Below are positions 59,809-64,000 of a stretch of 64,000 bases of DNA, in pieces. The stretch is from an uncultured Verrucomicrobiae bacterium. GTDB lineage: Bacteria > Verrucomicrobiota > Verrucomicrobiia > Opitutales > JABDGR01. Position numbers and translations under genes: made by a program. The stretch is taken from contig CAVXVB010000009.1 of the NCBI GenBank assembly GCA_963765205.1, positions 384,001 through 448,000 on the forward strand, in the 5' to 3' direction. Each line of letters opens with the position of its first letter. The first letter of the stretch is position 1. The notes under the pieces were generated by a model, which saw only the letters and a program-made list of their open reading frames with translations, had not been told where the DNA came from and ran no database searches.

Positions 59809-61941
59809 ATGAAACAAATTCTACAAAACCTCGCCAATGGCGAGACTCTGCTGGCCGAAGTGCCTGCGCCCGGCGTGCCACCCGGAGGCTTGCGCATCGC
59901 CACCCGCGCCACGCTTGTTTCGCTGGGCACCGAACGTATGCTGCTCGAATTTGGCCGCGCGAACCTGTTGGAAAAAGCCCGCCAGCAGCCTGACAAGGTC
60001 CACCAGGTCTTCGCGAAAATTAAAACGGAGGGCCTGTTTGCGACCATCGCCGCCGTGCGCACCCGGCTGGCCGAGCCGCTCGTGCTCGGTTATTGCAACG
60101 CCGGGATCGTGCTCGAAGTCGGCGCGGGCGTCCAGGGCTGGCGGCCGGGCGACCGCGTGCTCTCCAACGGCCCGCACGCCGAGGTCGTTGCCGTGCCCGC
60201 GAACCTGTGCGCAAAAATCCCCGACGCCGTGCCGGATGCGCATGCGCCCTTTGCGGTCACGGGCGCCATTGCCTTGCAAGGCATCCGGCTGTTGCAGCCT
60301 ACCTTGGGTGAATGCTTCATGGTCACGGGTCTCGGCCTCATCGGCTTGCTGGCCGTGCAATTGCTCAAAGCGCACGGTTGCCGGGTCCTTGGGGTGGACT
60401 ACGACTCCGCAAAATGCGCGCTGGCCCGCCAATTCGGCGCGGAAACCGTGGATTTGTCACGCAACGAGGACCCCGTCGCGCTGGCGCGGGCTTTCACCGG
60501 CGGGCGCGGCCTGGATGGTGTGCTTATTACCGCCTCCACCAAAAGCTGTGAACCCATCGCGCAGGCCGCGCAGGCCTCCCGCAAACGCGGTCGCATCGTC
60601 CTCGTCGGCGTGGCGGGTCTTGAGTTAAACCGCGCCGATTTTTATGAGAAGGAACTCACTTTCCAGGTTTCCTGCTCCTACGGGCCGGGCCGCTATGATC
60701 CCGAATATGAGATCAAGGGCCATGATTACCCGCTGCCGTTCGTGCGCTGGACGGAACAGCGCAATTTTGAAGCCGTCCTGGCGCAAATGGCTTCCGGCGC
60801 CGTCGCCATCGCGCCGCTCATCACGCGCCGGATTCCGTTTGACCACGCTTTGCAGGCCTATGAGGCCGTCAGCGATCGCGCGACGCTCGGGCTGGTACTT
60901 GAATACGAAGTCGCCCATTCTGCATTGGAATCCACGGCTTCGAAAACCATCCGCCATGCCCCGGGGGCGGCCCGCCCGTCCGCGGGTTTGGTGGTGGGTG
61001 TGCTTGGCGCGGGCGATTTTGCCACCCGGTTTCTGCTGCCGGCGTTACAAAGGCACAGTCCGCCTCGCTTCAAGGCCATTGTTTCCGCCCGAGGCGTCAC
61101 CGCGGCGCAAGCCGCCCGCCGCTTTGGCTTTGCCGTTTCCTCGACGGACCCGGCCACGGTGCTGGCCGACCCGGAAATTAACGTGGTCTTCATCGCCTCC
61201 TACGATGGCGCCCACGCCAGTCAGACGCTGGCCGCGCTCGCCGCCGGCAAGCATGTCTTCGTCGAAAAACCGCTCTGCCTCACACTGGATGAATTGGCCG
61301 CAATCGAACTCGCCGCCGCCGGCGCGCGTTCGCTGCTCATGGTTGGCTACAACCGCCGCTTCTCACCGCATCTGGTCAAAATGAAATCCCTGCTCGAGGG
61401 CGTCCGCGCCCCGCGCGCCATGATTTACACCCTTAACACCGGCCACCTGCCGGCCTCCCATTGGCAGTTTAATCCCTTGACGGGCGGTGGCCGCCTCATC
61501 GGCGAAGCCTGTCATTTTGTGGACACGCTGCGGTTTCTCGCGGGCGCCCCCATTGTCGCCGCCCGCGCCGATTTTCTGGGCGGCGCCGAAGGGCGGCAGG
61601 GCGACGTGGTCGCGCTGCATTTGCGCTTTGCCGACGGCTCCATCGGCACCGTGCATTACCTCGCCAACGGCAATCCGAAATTATCCAAGGAGCGCCTCGA
61701 AGTATTCTGCGCCGGCCGGATTTTGCAAATGGACAATTTCCGCCGCCTCACCGGCTACGGCTGGAACGGTTTTAAAAACTTTAAAACCTGGAGTCTCGCC
61801 AAAGGCCACCAAGCCCAATACGACGCGTTTGTGGACGCCGTGCGCCAGGGCCGGCCCAGCCCGATTCCGCCGGAGGAAATTTTCGAAATCAGCCGCGCCA
61901 CCATCAATCTTGCGCAAGCACAGACTGCGTCCTCCGGATGA
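59809..61941 (+). CDS. Bi-domain oxidoreductase (MDR/zinc-ADH-like plus Gfo/Idh/MocA)
   Basis: MKQILQN, SLGTE, GYCNAG, SCSYGPGRYD, RWTEQRN, FVEKP, GEACHF. Confidence 0.9.
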   Translation: MKQILQNLANGETLLAEVPAPGVPPGGLRIATRATLVSLGTERMLLEFGRANLLEKARQQPDKVHQVFAKIKTEGLFATIAAVRTRLAEPLVLGYCNAGIVLEVGAGVQGWRPGDRVLSNGPHAEVVAVPANLCAKIPDAVPDAHAPFAVTGAIALQGIRLLQPTLGECFMVTGLGLIGLLAVQLLKAHGCRVLGVDYDSAKCALARQFGAETVDLSRNEDPVALARAFTGGRGLDGVLITASTKSCEPIAQAAQASRKRGRIVLVGVAGLELNRADFYEKELTFQVSCSYGPGRYDPEYEIKGHDYPLPFVRWTEQRNFEAVLAQMASGAVAIAPLITRRIPFDHALQAYEAVSDRATLGLVLEYEVAHSALESTASKTIRHAPGAARPSAGLVVGVLGAGDFATRFLLPALQRHSPPRFKAIVSARGVTAAQAARRFGFAVSSTDPATVLADPEINVVFIASYDGAHASQTLAALAAGKHVFVEKPLCLTLDELAAIELAAAGARSLLMVGYNRRFSPHLVKMKSLLEGVRAPRAMIYTLNTGHLPASHWQFNPLTGGGRLIGEACHFVDTLRFLAGAPIVAARADFLGGAEGRQGDVVALHLRFADGSIGTVHYLANGNPKLSKERLEVFCAGRILQMDNFRRLTGYGWNGFKNFKTWSLAKGHQAQYDAFVDAVRQGRPSPIPPEEIFEISRATINLAQAQTASSG

Positions 61942-63105
61942 CCATGCCGAAGAAAAAAATCGCCCTCGTGGCCGGCACCCGGCCCGAAGTCATCAAGCTG
62001 GCGCCGGTCTATTTTGCGCTGCGCGAGAGCGCCACGCTCGAGCCGCTCCTGCTCTCGACCGGCCAGCATCGGCAGATGCTCGATCAGGCCTTTGCTGTTT
62101 TTGGACTCCAGCCCGATCTCGAGTTGAATCTGATGCAACCGGGGCAATCCCTGCCGGATTTGACGGCGCGCGTGGTCACGCAAGTCGCCGCCGCGCTGCG
62201 CGAGTCGCGCCCCGCGGCCCTCCTCGCCCAAGGCGATACCACGACCGTGCTCGGCGCGGCGCTGGCCGCGTTTTACGAACGCGTCCCCCTCGGCCACGTC
62301 GAAGCAGGCCTGCGCACCGGTAATTTCGACGCGCCCTGGCCCGAGGAAATGAACCGCCGCCTGGCCGACCCGATTTCCCGTTGGTGCTTTGCGCCCACCG
62401 CCTGGAGTGCCGCCAATTTGCGCGCCGAAGGCCTGCCGGAGAAAAGCATCCACGTCACCGGCAACACCGTGGTGGACGCGCTCTTGTGGGTGCGCGAAAA
62501 ATTGCGCGGCGCACCACGTTTGGCGAGGGCGGTCGCGACGCGCTGCGCCATTCCGGAAAATTTTGCCCAGCGCTATCTCGAGGCCCCGGACGCGCGTTTC
62601 GTCCTCATCACCGGCCATCGGCGTGAATCCTTTGGCCTGGGTTTTGAGAACATCTGCCACGCCATTGCGGAATTGGCGCGGCTTTACCCTGATCTTCGGC
62701 CTGCTGTATCCTGTGCATCTGAACCCCAATGTGCAGGAGCCCGTGCGCCGTCTGCTCGGGCCCAATCCCCGCGTCGCGCTCGTACCGCCGGCGGATTATG
62801 AGGATTTTATTTGGCTGATGGACCGCTGCCATTTTATGCTCAGTGATTCCGGCGGCGTGCAGGAAGAGGCGCCCAGCCTTGGCAAACCCGTGCTCGTCCT
62901 GCGTGACACGACCGAGCGGCCCGAAGGCGTCGAGGCCGGCACCTGCCGGCTCGTCGGCACCGACCCCGCGCGCATTCTGGCCGAAGCCGCCGTCTTGCTC
63001 GGCAATGCCGCTGAATATGCCCGGCGCGCGCGCCTGCAAAATCCCTATGGAGACGGCCGCGCCGGCCTCCGCATCCGCGCCATCCTGGAAAAATCGCTGG
63101 CTTGA
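61938..63105 (+). pseudogene. wecB: UDP-GlcNAc 2-epimerase (non-hydrolysing); frameshift near 62695 (probably a sequence error)
   Basis: GTRPEVIK, TGQH, QGDT, HVEAGLRT, HRRE; HLNP, DSGGVQEE and NPYGDG in the next frame. Confidence 0.92.
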
Positions 63106-63114
63106 CAATTTAAT

Positions 63115-64000
63115 ATGAATTACGACATTTGCGTTCTCGGCCTGGGTTACATCGGCTTGCCGACCGCCTCCATCTTTGCCACCAAAGGCAAAAAAGTCCT
63201 GGGCGTGGACGTGGTGCCCGCCGTGGTCGAGACCATCAACGCCGGCCACATCCACATCGAAGAGCCGGACCTCGACGTGCTCGTGCGTGCCGCGGTGCAA
63301 AGTGGGAATTTACGCGCCGCCCGCCGGCCCGCACCCGCCGCGGTCTATATCATCGCCGTGCCGACGCCCTTTCACCACGGCACCGGACGGGAGAAGACGC
63401 CGGATTTGTCCTTTGTGGAACAGGCGACGCGCTCGCTGGCCCCCGTCGTGCCCGCGGCCGCGCTGGTCATTCTCGAATCCACCAGCCCCGTTGGCACCAC
63501 GGCACAGGTATGCGCCTGGCTGCTCGACGAATTGCACCGCGTCCGCCCCACCGAGGCGGCGGCGCTCGGCGCTTCGCTGCGCTTCGCGCATTGTCCCGAG
63601 CGAATTTTGCCCGGCCAGATGCTGAAGGAACTCGTCGCCAACGACCGTATCGCCGGCGGGCTGACCCCCGCCGCCGCCCAGGCCGCGCTGGAATTATACC
63701 GCGTTTTTTGCACAGGAGATATTTTTCTCACCGATGCCCGCACGGCCGAAATGGCGAAGCTCACGGAAAATTCCTTCCGCGACGTGAACATCGCCTTCGC
63801 CAACGAACTTTCGCTCATTTGTGAAAAACTGGATATTGATGTCTGGGAACTCATCCGCCTCGCCAACCGCCATCCGCGCGTGAAAATCCTCCAACCCGGC
63901 CCCGGCGTCGGCGGGCACTGCATCGCGGTGGATCCGTGGTTTATCGTGGCGGCCGCGCCCGATGAAGCGCGGCTCATTCGCACGGCGCGGGAAGTTAATG
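63115..64000 (+). CDS. wecC: UDP-ManNAc dehydrogenase, partial (runs off the window; absent from the ORF track)
   Basis: Manual translation: MNYDICVLGLGYIGLPTA, IAVPTP, LEST, CPERILPG, KLTENSFRDVNIAFANE, GVGGHC. Confidence 0.93.
   Translation, partial: MNYDICVLGLGYIGLPTASIFATKGKKVLGVDVVPAVVETINAGHIHIEEPDLDVLVRAAVQSGNLRAARRPAPAAVYIIAVPTPFHHGTGREKTPDLSFVEQATRSLAPVVPAAALVILESTSPVGTTAQVCAWLLDELHRVRPTEAAALGASLRFAHCPERILPGQMLKELVANDRIAGGLTPAAAQAALELYRVFCTGDIFLTDARTAEMAKLTENSFRDVNIAFANELSLICEKLDIDVWELIRLANRHPRVKILQPGPGVGGHCIAVDPWFIVAAAPDEARLIRTAREVN

Noticed and set aside
58609..61941. 1110-aa glycosyltransferase-oxidoreductase fusion in the ORF track
   Set aside because: Removing one G at about 59662 gives the GT a normal tail and a stop at 59743. 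The oxidoreductase has its own typical start MKQILQN at 59809, and the linker reads as off-frame sequence.

Overview
GC-rich bacterial chromosome segment. Gene content and organisation suggest Verrucomicrobiota (Opitutales-like); this is inference, not a database result. 1-25.7 kb is mixed housekeeping and accessory sequence: the 3' end of a P1B ATPase, a GH2 hydrolase with a XylR-type regulator, GT-C and GT2 glycosyltransferases, hpt, orphan ABC components, an SCO plus His-rich metal-protein pair, a complete IS630 element beside a low-GC chimeric gene relic, a TPR protein, rutE, purU, nadE and gmhB. 25.9-64 kb is a single + strand surface-polysaccharide cluster of more than 38 kb that runs off the window. 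It holds a GbsR-type regulator, uxs, ugd, two gmd paralogues, kdsB/kdsD, O-antigen-ligase-like proteins, manC, an unusual nonulosonic-acid module, many glycosyltransferases, wzm/wzt and wecB/wecC. The most notable item is a ~140-nt nested-stem RNA-like element with a JUMPstart/ops-like motif at the head of this cluster. Also notable are a KDN-like/epimerising ulosonate pathway, a recurring leaderless-promoter architecture, a 22-bp-phased operator array, and several short-unit intergenic repeat arrays. Seven net +1 frameshifts after 42 kb look like sequencing or assembly errors. No rRNA, tRNA or CRISPR array was seen.
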